Counted from the first letter of the stretch, positions 1 through 11,985 are shown. The stretch: DNA of 64,000 bases from Gemmatimonas sp. (GCA_031414535.1 JANNVQ010000049.1:96001-160000); one strand, 5' to 3'. Made by a program: numbers and translations. Notes: a model not told the origin generated them from the sequence alone.

Positions 1-1281
1 GAACATTCCGATAAGGTGCTCCTCGAGCCCCATCATCAGTGGATGCACCCAGGTATCGAAAATCACATTGGCGCCTTCCCATCCCATCTGCGGCGAGTGC
101 CGCGCTGGGACATCCTGCACATGGAAGGGGCCCGAGATTACGGCGCAGGGAATTCCCAAGCGCTTGGCGATATGGCGTTCCATCTGCGAGCCGAGCACCA
201 ACTCTGGCGCCGCGGCCGTGATGGCCTCTTCCACAGCGAGATAGTCATCGGCAATGAGCGCTTCTACGCCATACTTAGCCGCGGCTTCGCGCACCTCGCG
301 CGCCATCTCACGAGAGTACGTGCCAAGCCCCACGACCGTGAAGCCCAGTTCATCAGCGGCAATCCGCGCCGCTGCAATCGCGTGGGTGCCATCAGCAAAA
401 ATGAAGACCCGCTTGCCCGTGAGGTACGTCGAATCCACGGAACGCGAGTACCACGGCAGCCGGCTCTGTGCCGTGTCGAGGTACTGGCTGACATCAATGC
501 CGGCCACCTCTCCCACTTCCGCGATGAAGTCGCGAGTTGCACCGACACCCAGTGGCACGGTCCGCACCATCGGCATGCCTTGTGTGCGCTGCAACCACGA
601 TGCCGTCGTGTGGGCAATCTCTGGATACAGACAGACATTAAAGTCTGCATCCGTGAGCGAGCGGAGCTGGTCCGGATCTGCGCCGAGCGGCGCGACGACG
701 TGCACATCTACGCCGATGCTGTCGAGAATGGCGATGACTTCGCGCACATCGTCGCGGCAGCGGAATCCCAGTGCCGACGGGCCGAGCAGATTGGCCTTCG
801 GGCGCGCGCCATCAGCGCGAGCTGGACGCTCGCGCTTAGCCGTACCGATGAGGGTGCGCACTAGGTGATAGAACGTTTCCGACGCGCCCCAGTTCTCCTT
901 CTTGGAGTAGGCGGGCAGTTCGAGCGCTACGACCGGGATGGGCAAGTTCATGCCCATCGCCAGCGCACCGGACTGGTCTTGAATGAGTTCAGCGGTGCAC
1001 GAATCTCCGACCAGCATGGCCTTCGGCTTGAAGCGCTCGTATGCGTCGCGCACCGCAGAAATCACGAGATTGGCGGTATCGCCGCCTAAGTCGCGGGCTT
1101 GGAACGTCGTGTAGGTGACGGGCGGCCGCTTGCTGCGGCGTTCAATCATCGTGAACAGCAAATCCGCGTAGGTGTCGCCCTGCGGCGCGTGCAGCACGTA
1201 GTGCACATCGTTCATCGAGGTGGCAATACGCATCGCGCCCACGTGGGGCGGCCCTTCGTAGGTCCAGAGCGTGAGTTGCAT
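1..1281 (-). CDS. bchB: Dark-operative protochlorophyllide reductase subunit B (partial, runs off window start)
   Basis: Not in the ORF track. Manual reverse-complement from ATG at 1281 reads [18 protein letters not shown], the typical BchB N-terminus. It starts 3 nt after the bchN stop. Confidence 0.93.
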   Translation of the reverse strand, partial: MQLTLWTYEGPPHVGAMRIATSMNDVHYVLHAPQGDTYADLLFTMIERRSKRPPVTYTTFQARDLGGDTANLVISAVRDAYERFKPKAMLVGDSCTAELIQDQSGALAMGMNLPIPVVALELPAYSKKENWGASETFYHLVRTLIGTAKRERPARADGARPKANLLGPSALGFRCRDDVREVIAILDSIGVDVHVVAPLGADPDQLRSLTDADFNVCLYPEIAHTTASWLQRTQGMPMVRTVPLGVGATRDFIAEVGEVAGIDVSQYLDTAQSRLPWYSRSVDSTYLTGKRVFIFADGTHAIAAARIAADELGFTVVGLGTYSREMAREVREAAAKYGVEALIADDYLAVEEAITAAAPELVLGSQMERHIAKRLGIPCAVISGPFHVQDVPARHSPQMGWEGANVIFDTWVHPLMMGLEEHLIGMF

Positions 1282-1284
1282 TGT

Positions 1285-3041
<1,757 letters not shown>

Positions 3042-3122
3042 GTTCGGGGGGCCTCCTTGCTACATAGAAGGAAAGAGGCACACGGACCAGCGCACCCAGA
3101 TATTGGGTTCGCGTCGCCGAGT

Positions 3123-3156
3123 TGTCAAGGTAAGTTTACGTCAGGCTCTCTTGACA
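3123..3156. promoter_or_regulatory. Two overlapping PpsR/CrtJ-type boxes between divergent bchF and aerR
   Basis: TGTCAAGGTAAGTTTACG (3123-3140) and CGTCAGGCTCTCTTGACA (3139-3156), each one mismatch from TGT-N12-ACA. The outer ends form TTGACA -35-like hexamers on both strands. Confidence 0.75.
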
Positions 3157-3232
3157 GGTTGGGTGCGCGGCGCAAATATGTACACGTGGTGATGGGACCC
3201 CCCCCACCCATTCGCAATAGGAGGCCCACCAA

Positions 3233-4030
3233 ATGTCAGGTCCTCAATCTCGTTCGCAGCCGCTTGGTGAACACGGCACTCCGCTCGGTGGAGTGCAGCA
3301 TTCACGGGCGTCGGTTCATCAGACGCGATCAAGCGTGTCAACGGATACCACCGGGGCACTGGTGGTCTCTTTCTCCTCTGAAGTTCCGCTCGATGTTCAG
3401 CGGTTTATCAGAATCCTGCTCTCTCACGATGATCAGGCGGCCCGCGAGTTCGCCAACGAGCTGATTGAGCGCGGCGTCACTACCGAGCGGCTGTACGAGG
3501 GCCTTTTTGCCGAAGCCGCTCGGACGCTCGGGGAGATGTGGGACAACGATGACTGCACCTTCTATGATGTCACCCTCGGAACCGGGCGGATTCAGCGCCT
3601 CATTCGCGAGTTCTCGCACCAGTTCCTTGCTGACTACCTGTATCCAGGCTCCACCGGTCGGCTTCTGCTCTCTGCCGCCAGCGACGAACAGCACTCCCTC
3701 GGCATTGCGGTTCTCGCCGAGTTTTTTGTTCGGGATGGATGGGACGTGCACGTCGGACCTGGCTTGGGCTCGGAAGCTTTACTAGACAAAGTCCGAGAAA
3801 GTGACTACACTTTGCTTGGCTTCTCAATCGCCTGCGCGTCACGTACATCCAAGCTGCAACAGGACATACGCCGCGCTCGGCAAGTGTCACGCAACCGCGA
3901 CATCAAGGTGATTGTCGGGGGGGCATTGATTACGTCTGACCCCTCCTTGGCCGAGCGAATCGGCGCTGACGGGTATGCAATAGATGCGTCCACGGCGATT
4001 GCCGCGGCGCGTCGCATCATTTCTGCCTGA
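3233..4030 (+). CDS. aerR: Cobalamin-binding photosynthesis regulator AerR/PpaA
   Basis: LGEMWDNDDCTFYDVTLG and EQHSLG (ExHxxG) B12-binding motifs; directly upstream of ppsR; AGGAGG RBS. Confidence 0.88.
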   Translation: MSGPQSRSQPLGEHGTPLGGVQHSRASVHQTRSSVSTDTTGALVVSFSSEVPLDVQRFIRILLSHDDQAAREFANELIERGVTTERLYEGLFAEAARTLGEMWDNDDCTFYDVTLGTGRIQRLIREFSHQFLADYLYPGSTGRLLLSAASDEQHSLGIAVLAEFFVRDGWDVHVGPGLGSEALLDKVRESDYTLLGFSIACASRTSKLQQDIRRARQVSRNRDIKVIVGGALITSDPSLAERIGADGYAIDASTAIAAARRIISA

Positions 4031-4034
4031 AGCA

Positions 4035-5507
4035 ATGGGCATTCTGCACGTTTTTGACTCGGGGCAACATCAGATGGAAGCCGGCGATCGATTTTCAGAC
4101 GCCTCACGTCGCGCCCTATCCGACCTAGCACCGGATTGGGCGGCGAAACTCATCACGGCCACGAGCGAAGTTGCGCTCGTTGTGGACCGCGATGGTGTGA
4201 TTCGTCACGTCTCATTCTCTGGCGCCGAACCGCCCATTGATACCGCTGACGAATGGGTCGGCAAATCATGGGCTGACACCGTAACGGGTGAATCGCGCGG
4301 CAAGATTGAACTCCTCCTTAAGGAAGCATCCGCCACCGGCAGCACCCGCCGTCGCCAAGTGAATCATCCGGCGCGCGCAGGTGCTGATATCCCAGTTGCG
4401 TACAACGCCGTGCGCGCCGAGAACGGTGCCGTGATTGCCGTTGGCCGCGACCTGCGCACCATCTCGATGCTGCAGCAGCGTCTCGTCGATACGCAGCAGG
4501 CCATGGAGCGCGACTACTGGCGCCTGCGCCACGTAGAAACACGCTATCGCCTGCTCTTCCAGCTCTCCACGGATGCCATCATCGTGGTAGACGCCGACAC
4601 CATGAAGATTGTTGATGCCTCTGGCGCTGCCGCACGACTCTTTGACGTCGCCGCAGACAAGCTCGTGGGCAAGTCGTTCCCGATGGGCATTGCGGCGGAC
4701 AATCTCCGCGCCGTGGAGGATCTGCTCTCCACCGCACGCACCTCGGGTCACGCCACCGACGTTCGCTTGAAGCTCACCGAAGAGCGCGGCGACGTGCTTG
4801 CCTCGGCGTCCTGCTTCCGTCAGGACAACCTCACGCTCCTGCTCGTGCGGCTCTCGCGCCATGCGACGCAGTCAGCCGCGAGCACCACACACAAGCAGCG
4901 CCTGCTCGAGTTGGTGGATCGCACACCCGAAGCCATGGTCATCTGCGACAGCGAAGGCGACATCATCACGGCTAACCGCAGCTTCCTTGATCTCGCGCAG
5001 CTCGCGAGTGAAGAGCAGGCCAAGGGTCGCTCGCTCGGTAATTGGGTGGGACGTCCTGGTGCAGATCTCGGCGTGTTCGTTTCCACCGTGCGCAAGCATA
5101 GCGTGGTGCGAGTAGCGGCGAGTTCTATTCGCGGTGAGCTCGGCCTCGCGACGGAAATTGAACTCTCAGCAGTTTCGCTTCCGAGCGACAACGGCCCACT
5201 GGGCATTGGCTTCGTGATGCGCGACGTGGGACGTCGCGTGAACACGGTGCCGCATGGTGCGCGCGATCTCACGAAGGCCGTCGAGGATCTCACCTCGCTC
5301 GTGGGCCGCGTGTCGCTCCCGACCTTGGTGCGTGATACCACGGACCTGGTGGAGCGCCACTTCATTGAAGCAGCACTCCAGCTCACCGGCGACAATCGCA
5401 CCACCGCCGCCGAAGTGCTCGGACTTTCCCGCCAGACGTTGTATGTGAAGTTGCGACGCCACGGATTGTCCGCGGCCGTCGAGTCCGACACCGCAGCAGC
5501 GAGCTGA
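4035..5507 (+). CDS. ppsR: Transcriptional regulator PpsR/CrtJ (PAS domains, Q-linker, Fis-type HTH)
   Basis: QQRLVDTQQAMERDYWRLRHVETRYRLLF Q-linker and AAEVLGLSRQTLYVKLRRHGL HTH. Start could be 4035 or 4074. Confidence 0.95.
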   Translation: MGILHVFDSGQHQMEAGDRFSDASRRALSDLAPDWAAKLITATSEVALVVDRDGVIRHVSFSGAEPPIDTADEWVGKSWADTVTGESRGKIELLLKEASATGSTRRRQVNHPARAGADIPVAYNAVRAENGAVIAVGRDLRTISMLQQRLVDTQQAMERDYWRLRHVETRYRLLFQLSTDAIIVVDADTMKIVDASGAAARLFDVAADKLVGKSFPMGIAADNLRAVEDLLSTARTSGHATDVRLKLTEERGDVLASASCFRQDNLTLLLVRLSRHATQSAASTTHKQRLLELVDRTPEAMVICDSEGDIITANRSFLDLAQLASEEQAKGRSLGNWVGRPGADLGVFVSTVRKHSVVRVAASSIRGELGLATEIELSAVSLPSDNGPLGIGFVMRDVGRRVNTVPHGARDLTKAVEDLTSLVGRVSLPTLVRDTTDLVERHFIEAALQLTGDNRTTAAEVLGLSRQTLYVKLRRHGLSAAVESDTAAAS

Positions 5508-5547
5508 TATAAATGCGCTTCGTTCCCGCGGATTCGTCTACCCCTAG

Positions 5548-5591
5548 TGTCAGGTTAGCGTGACATCTATTGGTGTAAACGAATCGCTACG
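5548..5591. promoter_or_regulatory. Tandem PpsR boxes 8 bp apart at the start of bchG
   Basis: Perfect TGTCAGGTTAGCGTGACA (5548-5565), 8-bp spacer, then TGTAAACGAATCGCTACG (5574-5591). Confidence 0.82.
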
Positions 5592-5595
5592 CGAA

Positions 5596-6477
5596 GTGCG
5601 GGAGTATCCCGCACCGAGTGCCGTGCTCGAGTTGCTGAAGCCAATCACTTGGTTTCCGCCGATGTGGGCATTTGCCTGCGGGGCGATCTCGAGTGGCGTG
5701 CCGCTCGGTGGTCGCTGGTCGCAGCTCGCGCTGGGACTCGTCATCACCGGTCCCTTGGTTTGCGCGTCGTCGCAGGCTGCGAACGATTGGTACGATCGCC
5801 ACGTGGATGCCATCAATGAACCGCATCGCCCGATTCCGTCCGGACGTATGCCGGGGACTTGGGGCTTTAAGGTTGCGGTGCTTTGGACTGCGTTGTCATT
5901 GATCGCTTCGATTCCGCTCGGCGTCGCTGGCATAGTCGCCGTGGGCATCGCGCTCGTATTTGCTTGGGCTTACTCCGCCCCGCCACTGCGCTTCAAGCAG
6001 AACGGGTGGATTGGCAACGCTGCCGTCGGCATCACGTATGAAGGTCTCGCGTGGGTGACCGGCGCCATCGTGTTGCTTGGCGGTGCGGTGCCCAATTCAA
6101 AGATTTTGTTGCTTGCGTTGCTGTACTCCCTCGGCGCGCACGGCATCATGACGCTCAACGATTTCAAGGCGATTGAAGGCGATCTTCAGATGGGCATCAA
6201 GTCCCTGCCCGCGCAACTTGGTGTTGATCGCGCGGCGTGGGTGGCCTGCTTAGCGATGCTCATCCCGCAGTTCGTGGTGATGATATTGCTCGCCGCCTGG
6301 GACAAGCCCATGCATGGCGCTTCGATTGGCGGCCTCATCGTGGTGCAAATCATGATGATGAGCAGTTTTATCGACGCTCCGCGGGCACGCGCGCTGTTTC
6401 TCTCTGGCGCTGGCGTGCCCTTTTACGTAGCCGGCATGATGATCTCCGCGTTTGCACTGCGAGGGATGATCCAGTGA
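5596..6477 (+). CDS. bchG: Bacteriochlorophyll synthase
   Basis: LLKPITWFPPMWAF, NDWYDRHVDAINEPHRPIPSGR and GIMTLNDFK motifs. Start is GTG 5596 or GTG 5560; 5560 lies inside the PpsR box. Confidence 0.96.
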   Translation: MREYPAPSAVLELLKPITWFPPMWAFACGAISSGVPLGGRWSQLALGLVITGPLVCASSQAANDWYDRHVDAINEPHRPIPSGRMPGTWGFKVAVLWTALSLIASIPLGVAGIVAVGIALVFAWAYSAPPLRFKQNGWIGNAAVGITYEGLAWVTGAIVLLGGAVPNSKILLLALLYSLGAHGIMTLNDFKAIEGDLQMGIKSLPAQLGVDRAAWVACLAMLIPQFVVMILLAAWDKPMHGASIGGLIVVQIMMMSSFIDAPRARALFLSGAGVPFYVAGMMISAFALRGMIQ

Positions 6478-7826
6478 CCGCTGCCGCGATGCCGTACACG
6501 CCGACGCGCACGTATATGGGATGGGGCGGCATCGCTCGCCTCGGTCTGGCGCAAGTTGCCATTGGTGCAGTGGCGGCGATCATGACCTCTACGCTCAACC
6601 GTGTGATGGTTGTAGAGCTCGCGCTGCCCGCGACGATTCCCTCGGTGCTCGTCGCCTTGCACTTCGCGATTCAGATGTCGCGCGCCAAGTTCGGCTTTGA
6701 CTCCGACAAGTCGGTGTCTCGCGCACCTTGGATCCTTGGCGGTGCCATCGTACTCGCCATCGGTGGCACACTCGCAGCGATCGCCGTATCAGTGGCGAGC
6801 GAGCGCCTCATCCTCGGCCTCACCGTGGCATTCTTTGCGTACGCGCTCATTGGCGTGGGCATGAGCGCGGCCGGCACGGCGTTGCTCGCACACGTCGCCG
6901 AGCAAGTGGAGCCGCGGAAGTTGGGCGCGGCCGCCGCGCTACTCTGGATCATGATGATTTTTGGGATTGCAGTGACGGCTGGTGTCTCGGGCCAACTGCT
7001 GGATCCCTTCTCGTTTGAGCGTCTTGTGGCAGTGACGGCAGCGGTCTGCCTGATCGCTGCGGTGCTGGCTTCGATTGCCGCGTGGGGTTCTTGGGGCATG
7101 AAGCGTCCGCCGCTCTCGGCGCCGGCCGTTTCCGACGGCGCGGGCTTCGCGGTGGCGATTCGCGACGCGTTGCGCGATCAAACCACGCGTCGCTTCGCAT
7201 TCTTTGTGTTTGCCGCGATGCTCGCGTACTCCGCACAGGATCTGATTCTCGAGCCGTTTGCGGGCCGCGTGTTTCTGATGACGGCTGGTGAGAGCACCAA
7301 GCTGGGCGGCATCCAGCACGGTGGCGTGATGCTTGGCATGCTTGGCGCAGCGATTCTCTCGGCGCGCTTTGGGTCATTGAGAGTGTGGGCTGCCGCGGGC
7401 TGCTTGGCTTCGGCGGGAGCGCTGATCGTGCTCGCCAATTCACCGTGGCTTGGTGGCGTGGTGTTGCTGCAAGGGACAGTGTTCGGCCTCGGCGTGGCCA
7501 ACGGCGTCTTCGCGGTTGGCGCGATCGGCTCGATGATGGCGATGACCGCAGCCGATACGACGCGCGGCACCGGCATCCGACTGGGTGTGTATGGGGCCGC
7601 GCAGGCGATTGCCTACGGCATTGGTTCACTCGGCGGTGGTGTGGCCAGCGACCTCACGATTGCCTCGATGGGCGATGCGGCACGCGGGTACGTGGCCGTG
7701 TTCGGCGCCGAGGCTGTGCTGTTCATTGTGGCGGCGTTTATGGCATTGGCCTCGACGCCTTCGGTACGCGGGGGAGTTTTCCGGCGCGCGGATGCGGGTC
7801 AGGCGATTCTCGGAGCGATGAGATGA
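6474..7826 (+). CDS. PucC/Bch2-family MFS protein (bacteriochlorophyll delivery)
   Basis: TSTLNRVMVVELALPA and AYSAQDLILEPFAG motifs, ~12 hydrophobic segments, between bchG and bchP; GTG overlaps the bchG stop. Confidence 0.9.
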   Translation: MTAAAMPYTPTRTYMGWGGIARLGLAQVAIGAVAAIMTSTLNRVMVVELALPATIPSVLVALHFAIQMSRAKFGFDSDKSVSRAPWILGGAIVLAIGGTLAAIAVSVASERLILGLTVAFFAYALIGVGMSAAGTALLAHVAEQVEPRKLGAAAALLWIMMIFGIAVTAGVSGQLLDPFSFERLVAVTAAVCLIAAVLASIAAWGSWGMKRPPLSAPAVSDGAGFAVAIRDALRDQTTRRFAFFVFAAMLAYSAQDLILEPFAGRVFLMTAGESTKLGGIQHGGVMLGMLGAAILSARFGSLRVWAAAGCLASAGALIVLANSPWLGGVVLLQGTVFGLGVANGVFAVGAIGSMMAMTAADTTRGTGIRLGVYGAAQAIAYGIGSLGGGVASDLTIASMGDAARGYVAVFGAEAVLFIVAAFMALASTPSVRGGVFRRADAGQAILGAMR

Positions 7827-7827
7827 C

Positions 7828-7848
7828 GACGGATGACGGAAGACGGAA
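7828..7848 (+). repeat. Heptamer tandem repeat GACGGA(T/A) x3
   Basis: GACGGAT GACGGAA GACGGAA in the pucC-like/bchP intergenic gap. Confidence 0.6.
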
Positions 7849-7872
7849 GCCACAAGACACTGGAGATATTGC

Positions 7873-9066
7873 GTGACTGAGCGTACGTACGACGTAGTGA
7901 TTGTGGGCAGCGGGCCTGCGGGTGCGACGGCGGCGCATGATTTGGCGCGCGCGGGTCGGTCCGTGCTGCTGCTCGACCGCGCGGGGCGCGTGAAGCCCTG
8001 CGGAGGGGCGGTGCCGCCGCAGCTGCTCAAGGACTTTGATGTGCCGGAGTCGCTCCTCGTGGCGCGCATCAACGAAGCGCGCATGGTCTCGCCTAAGGGC
8101 AAGACAGTGGACATTCCCGTTGGCCAAGGCTTCGTGGGGATGGTGGACCGCGAAGTGTTCGATGAATGGCTGCGCGATCGTGCCGCGAAGGCTGGCGCCA
8201 CGCGTGTGACTGGGGCCTTCGTGCGTCGCGATCGCGATGCCGATGGTGTGGCCCGCGTGGTCTACACGGATGGCCGCTCGCGTCAGGGTTCTGAGAAGTC
8301 GGTTCGGGCTCGCTCCATCATCGGTGCGGACGGTGCGCTCTCTCAGGTGGCTCGTCAGTGCGTGCCGCGGGCCGACGAAGGTAAGTTCGTCTTTGCGTAT
8401 CACGAGATTATCAAGAGCCCTGAGCACAACACCGAGCTCTTTGCGCACGATCGTTGCGATGTGTACTACCAGAGTCCGCTCTCGCCTGACTTCTACGCCT
8501 GGATCTTCCCCCACGGAAAGACCACGAGTGTGGGCACGGGCTCACTGCAGAAGGGCTTTGGTCTCAAGGAGTCGGTGACTCAGCTACGCGCATCCACCGG
8601 ACTCGACAAGCTCGAGACAATCCGCAAGGAAGGCGCACCGATTCCGCTGCATCCTCTGCCGCGCTGGGACGACGGGCGCGAAGTGGTACTCGCGGGTGAT
8701 GCTGCAGGCGTCGTCGCTCCGGCGAGTGGCGAGGGCATTTTCTACGCGATGACCGGTGGCCGCTATGCTGCCGACGCGGTGAACGAGTTCCTCTCCACGG
8801 CGAACGTCAAGGCGCTGGCCAAGGCACGCCGCCGCTTCCTGTCCGATCACGGCCAGGTGTTCTGGGTGCTCGACATTATGCAGCGCTTTTGGTACTCAAG
8901 CGACAATCGCCGCGAGCGCTTTGTGGCCATCTGCCGCGACAAGGACGTCCAGCAGCTCACATTCGACGCATACATGAATAAGAAGTTGGTGCGCGCCAAG
9001 CCGCTTTCGCATGTGCGCATCTTCTTCAAGAACCTCGCACATCTTGCTGGCCTTGCGACCGCCTAA
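7873..9066 (+). CDS. bchP: Geranylgeranyl reductase
   Basis: VVIVGSGPAGATAA FAD motif, KPCGGAVP, GDAAGVVAPASGEGIFYAM. Confidence 0.95.
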   Translation: MTERTYDVVIVGSGPAGATAAHDLARAGRSVLLLDRAGRVKPCGGAVPPQLLKDFDVPESLLVARINEARMVSPKGKTVDIPVGQGFVGMVDREVFDEWLRDRAAKAGATRVTGAFVRRDRDADGVARVVYTDGRSRQGSEKSVRARSIIGADGALSQVARQCVPRADEGKFVFAYHEIIKSPEHNTELFAHDRCDVYYQSPLSPDFYAWIFPHGKTTSVGTGSLQKGFGLKESVTQLRASTGLDKLETIRKEGAPIPLHPLPRWDDGREVVLAGDAAGVVAPASGEGIFYAMTGGRYAADAVNEFLSTANVKALAKARRRFLSDHGQVFWVLDIMQRFWYSSDNRRERFVAICRDKDVQQLTFDAYMNKKLVRAKPLSHVRIFFKNLAHLAGLATA

Positions 9067-9551
9067 TGAACGGTCAGCTGTGGGGCCCGATCACCGGGGC
9101 CGTTGCCTTTTGGGGCACGGTCGCCGTGGGCGGTGCACTGGTGACCGACATCGGCCCGTGGTACAAGGCATTGCGGCAGCCGTGGTGGAAGCCCCCAGAC
9201 AAGTTTTTCGGGCTCATCTGGACGACGGTGTTCGTCTGCGCGGGCACGGGCGGCGTGATTGCCTGGCGCGGCGCGGGCACACCCGACGAGCGCACGCTGT
9301 TTCTGGTTGCGTCCGTCGTGAACGCGTTGGGCAACACCATGTGGTCGTATCTCTTCTTCCGGCGCAAGCGCCCCGACTGGGCGTTGGTGCAGGTCCTTCC
9401 GTTCTTTGCATCCATCGTGTGGATGTACTGGACTTCGCGTCCACTCGCCTACGAGGCCGGGATTTGGTTTGCTCCCTACCTCGCCTGGGTGATGGCCGCG
9501 ATCAAGCTCAATTGGGACGTCGTGCAGCTCAATCGTCCCTTCTCCGGGTGA
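9066..9551 (+). CDS. tspO: Tryptophan-rich sensory protein TspO/MBR
   Basis: WYKALRQPWWKPP, Trp-rich with five hydrophobic segments, PYLAWV near the C-terminus. Confidence 0.9.
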   Translation: MNGQLWGPITGAVAFWGTVAVGGALVTDIGPWYKALRQPWWKPPDKFFGLIWTTVFVCAGTGGVIAWRGAGTPDERTLFLVASVVNALGNTMWSYLFFRRKRPDWALVQVLPFFASIVWMYWTSRPLAYEAGIWFAPYLAWVMAAIKLNWDVVQLNRPFSG

Positions 9552-9558
9552 ACGGCCC

Positions 9559-10860
9559 ATGCTGATCTCCCTCGCCGTCGATTACCGGCACGCCAATGTG
9601 GCGACGCGTGAACGCTTCCATCTCTCGGAAGCGCGAATCGCCAAGCTCTATGCGCGTGAACCCAACTCGGTAATCCGCGAAATTGTCTGCGTCTCCACCT
9701 GCAACCGCAGCGAGATTTATGCGTGGGCTGGTGGTGCGGATCCGGCCACACCGGCGGGCTTCGATCACGCCATCACAGCGCTGGCCAAGGCGTGGATGGG
9801 ATCTAAGACCGAAGCGCGCGCCTTGCTCGCGGTGGCCAAGAAGAGTGGTGGCCTCGACGTGGCACGCCGCATCCTGCGGATTTCCTCAGGCCTCGACTCG
9901 CAGGTGATGGGCGACGGCCAGATTCTCGGACAATTGCGTGAGGCGTATCGCAAGGCTGACGAAGCCGGCAGTGCAAGCTCAGTCCTGCATCGCCTCTTTG
10001 ACACCGCCATGCGCACTGGTAAGCGCGTCTCCTCGGAGACGGGCCTGCACTCGGGCCGACGTTCGGTTGGCGCCGAGGCTGCCGCACACGCACATCAGCG
10101 CTTTGGCAACTTGGCGCACGCACGCGTCGTCGTGATTGGCTCCGGCAAGACGGGCCAGTCGGTAGCGCGTCAGCTCCAAAAGCTGGGCGCACGCGACATC
10201 GTGCTGATCAATCGCTCGCTGCCACGCGCCGTGACGCTCGCCGCAGAAGTTGGCGGCCGCGCCGCACCGTACGAGGCGCTGCACGTTGAAGTCGCGATGT
10301 CGGACGTGGCGATTGCCGCCACCGCCGCCACCGAACCGGTGGTGATGTACCAGCAACTGCGCACCTCGCGCGAGAACTGCGGAACATCCACGTATCCACT
10401 GTTGCTGCTCGATCTCTCGATGCCGCGCAACGTGGATCCGGCACTCGCCGGCGTCCCGGGCGTGACCATCTCCGACCTCGACGCATTGCACCTGCCGGTG
10501 CTCGCCGCCGAGGAACTCCGCAAGGCTGCAGTCCCCGCAGCGGAGGCCATCGTAGAAGCGGAACTCGAGAGCTTTGTGGAATGGGTGTCAGCCGCCGCGG
10601 CACGCGACGCGATTCGCCCGCTGGCCGAAGCGCTCACGGAGATTTGCCGTCGCGAGCTCACGTTTGCCGCCGGCGATGCAGTCGCCGAGCACGCAACAAG
10701 CCGCATCGTGGCGAAGCTGTTGGCAAGGCCGATGACCAAGCTGCGCACCGCAATGGCGCACGGCGAAGCCCTGCACGCCTTCACGATGACTTTAGATTCC
10801 TTGTTCGCTGGCCCCATTCCGGCCCCCGAGCGCACGCGGGTCAAGCGCCGCACTTCGTAA
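9559..10860 (+). CDS. hemA: Glutamyl-tRNA reductase
   Basis: STCNRSEIY catalytic motif, SGLDSQVMGDGQILGQ, GSGKTG NADPH-binding site, DLSMPRNVD. Confidence 0.94.
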   Translation: MLISLAVDYRHANVATRERFHLSEARIAKLYAREPNSVIREIVCVSTCNRSEIYAWAGGADPATPAGFDHAITALAKAWMGSKTEARALLAVAKKSGGLDVARRILRISSGLDSQVMGDGQILGQLREAYRKADEAGSASSVLHRLFDTAMRTGKRVSSETGLHSGRRSVGAEAAAHAHQRFGNLAHARVVVIGSGKTGQSVARQLQKLGARDIVLINRSLPRAVTLAAEVGGRAAPYEALHVEVAMSDVAIAATAATEPVVMYQQLRTSRENCGTSTYPLLLLDLSMPRNVDPALAGVPGVTISDLDALHLPVLAAEELRKAAVPAAEAIVEAELESFVEWVSAAAARDAIRPLAEALTEICRRELTFAAGDAVAEHATSRIVAKLLARPMTKLRTAMAHGEALHAFTMTLDSLFAGPIPAPERTRVKRRTS

Positions 10861-10914
10861 GCAGGATTTTTGCTCAACCAGTAGTACAACAGGCAGTTTC
10901 AGAGGCTTTCCCCC

Positions 10915-11985
10915 GTGAACGATCGTTTTCTCCGCGCCCTCCGGCGCGAGCCCGTTGACCGTCCGCCTGTTTGGATGATGCGCCAAGCTGGTCGCTATCT
11001 CCCGGAATACCGCGAGGTTCGCAAAAAGGCCGACTTCCTGACGATGTGCCATACGCCGGAGCTCGCCACCGAGGTGACGCTGCAGCCGGTGGACATCCTC
11101 GGCGTTGATGCGGCCATCATCTTCTCCGACATCTTGGTCGTCCCGCACGCCATGGGGATGGATCTCACGGTGGACGAAGGGGTCGGCCCGCAGTTCTCCG
11201 ATCCGGTCCGCACCATGAAGGACTTGGCGCGCCTCCGTGACGTAGAGCCCGAGGATGGACTCAAGTTCCATCTCGACGCACTGCGCATGACGCGCCGCGA
11301 GTTGAACGGCCGCGTGCCATTGATTGGATTCGCCGGCGCGCCGTGGACGCTCTTTGCCTACATGACCGAGGGCAAGGGCACCAAGTCGTTCTCGATAGCC
11401 AAGAAGGCGCTGTACGCTGATCCGCTGTTCTCGCACGCGTTGCTCGCGAGGCTCGCGGATAACGTCGGCCGCTTCCTCGTGGCACAGGCGGCTGCCGGTG
11501 CACAGGCCTTGCAGATTTTTGATTCATGGGCCGGCTCGCTTGGGCCACGTGAATACCGTGAGTTTGCGCTGCCCTATATGGCGCGCACGGCAAAGATTGC
11601 CAAGACTGCTGGTGTGCCGGTGATTTGTTTTGCGCCTGGCGCAGGTTGGGCGCTCGGCGAAATTGCCGATGCCACTGGCTGTGATGTGCTTGGCGTGGAC
11701 TGGCACACCGACGCGGCGTGGGCGCGCGGCGTGGCTGATGCCACGGGACGCGGCCTGCAGGGCAATCTCGATCCGACGGCGCTGTATGCACCGCCCAGTG
11801 ATATCAAGGCGCGCACCGAAGCGATGCTTGGTGCGATTGATGGGCCTGGCTACATCGCGAACTTGGGTCACGGGATCCTCCCCGATGTACCGGTTGATCA
11901 CGCACGGGCATTCATTGACACGGTGCAGGCTTGGGATTCGCGGGCTGCCAACTCGGCGTCGCAGGCGGCTGAGGCAGGGCGATGA
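10915..11985 (+). CDS. hemE: Uroporphyrinogen decarboxylase
   Basis: PVWMMRQAGRYLPEY, IIFSDIL, NLGHGI. Confidence 0.97.
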   Translation: MNDRFLRALRREPVDRPPVWMMRQAGRYLPEYREVRKKADFLTMCHTPELATEVTLQPVDILGVDAAIIFSDILVVPHAMGMDLTVDEGVGPQFSDPVRTMKDLARLRDVEPEDGLKFHLDALRMTRRELNGRVPLIGFAGAPWTLFAYMTEGKGTKSFSIAKKALYADPLFSHALLARLADNVGRFLVAQAAAGAQALQIFDSWAGSLGPREYREFALPYMARTAKIAKTAGVPVICFAPGAGWALGEIADATGCDVLGVDWHTDAAWARGVADATGRGLQGNLDPTALYAPPSDIKARTEAMLGAIDGPGYIANLGHGILPDVPVDHARAFIDTVQAWDSRAANSASQAAEAGR

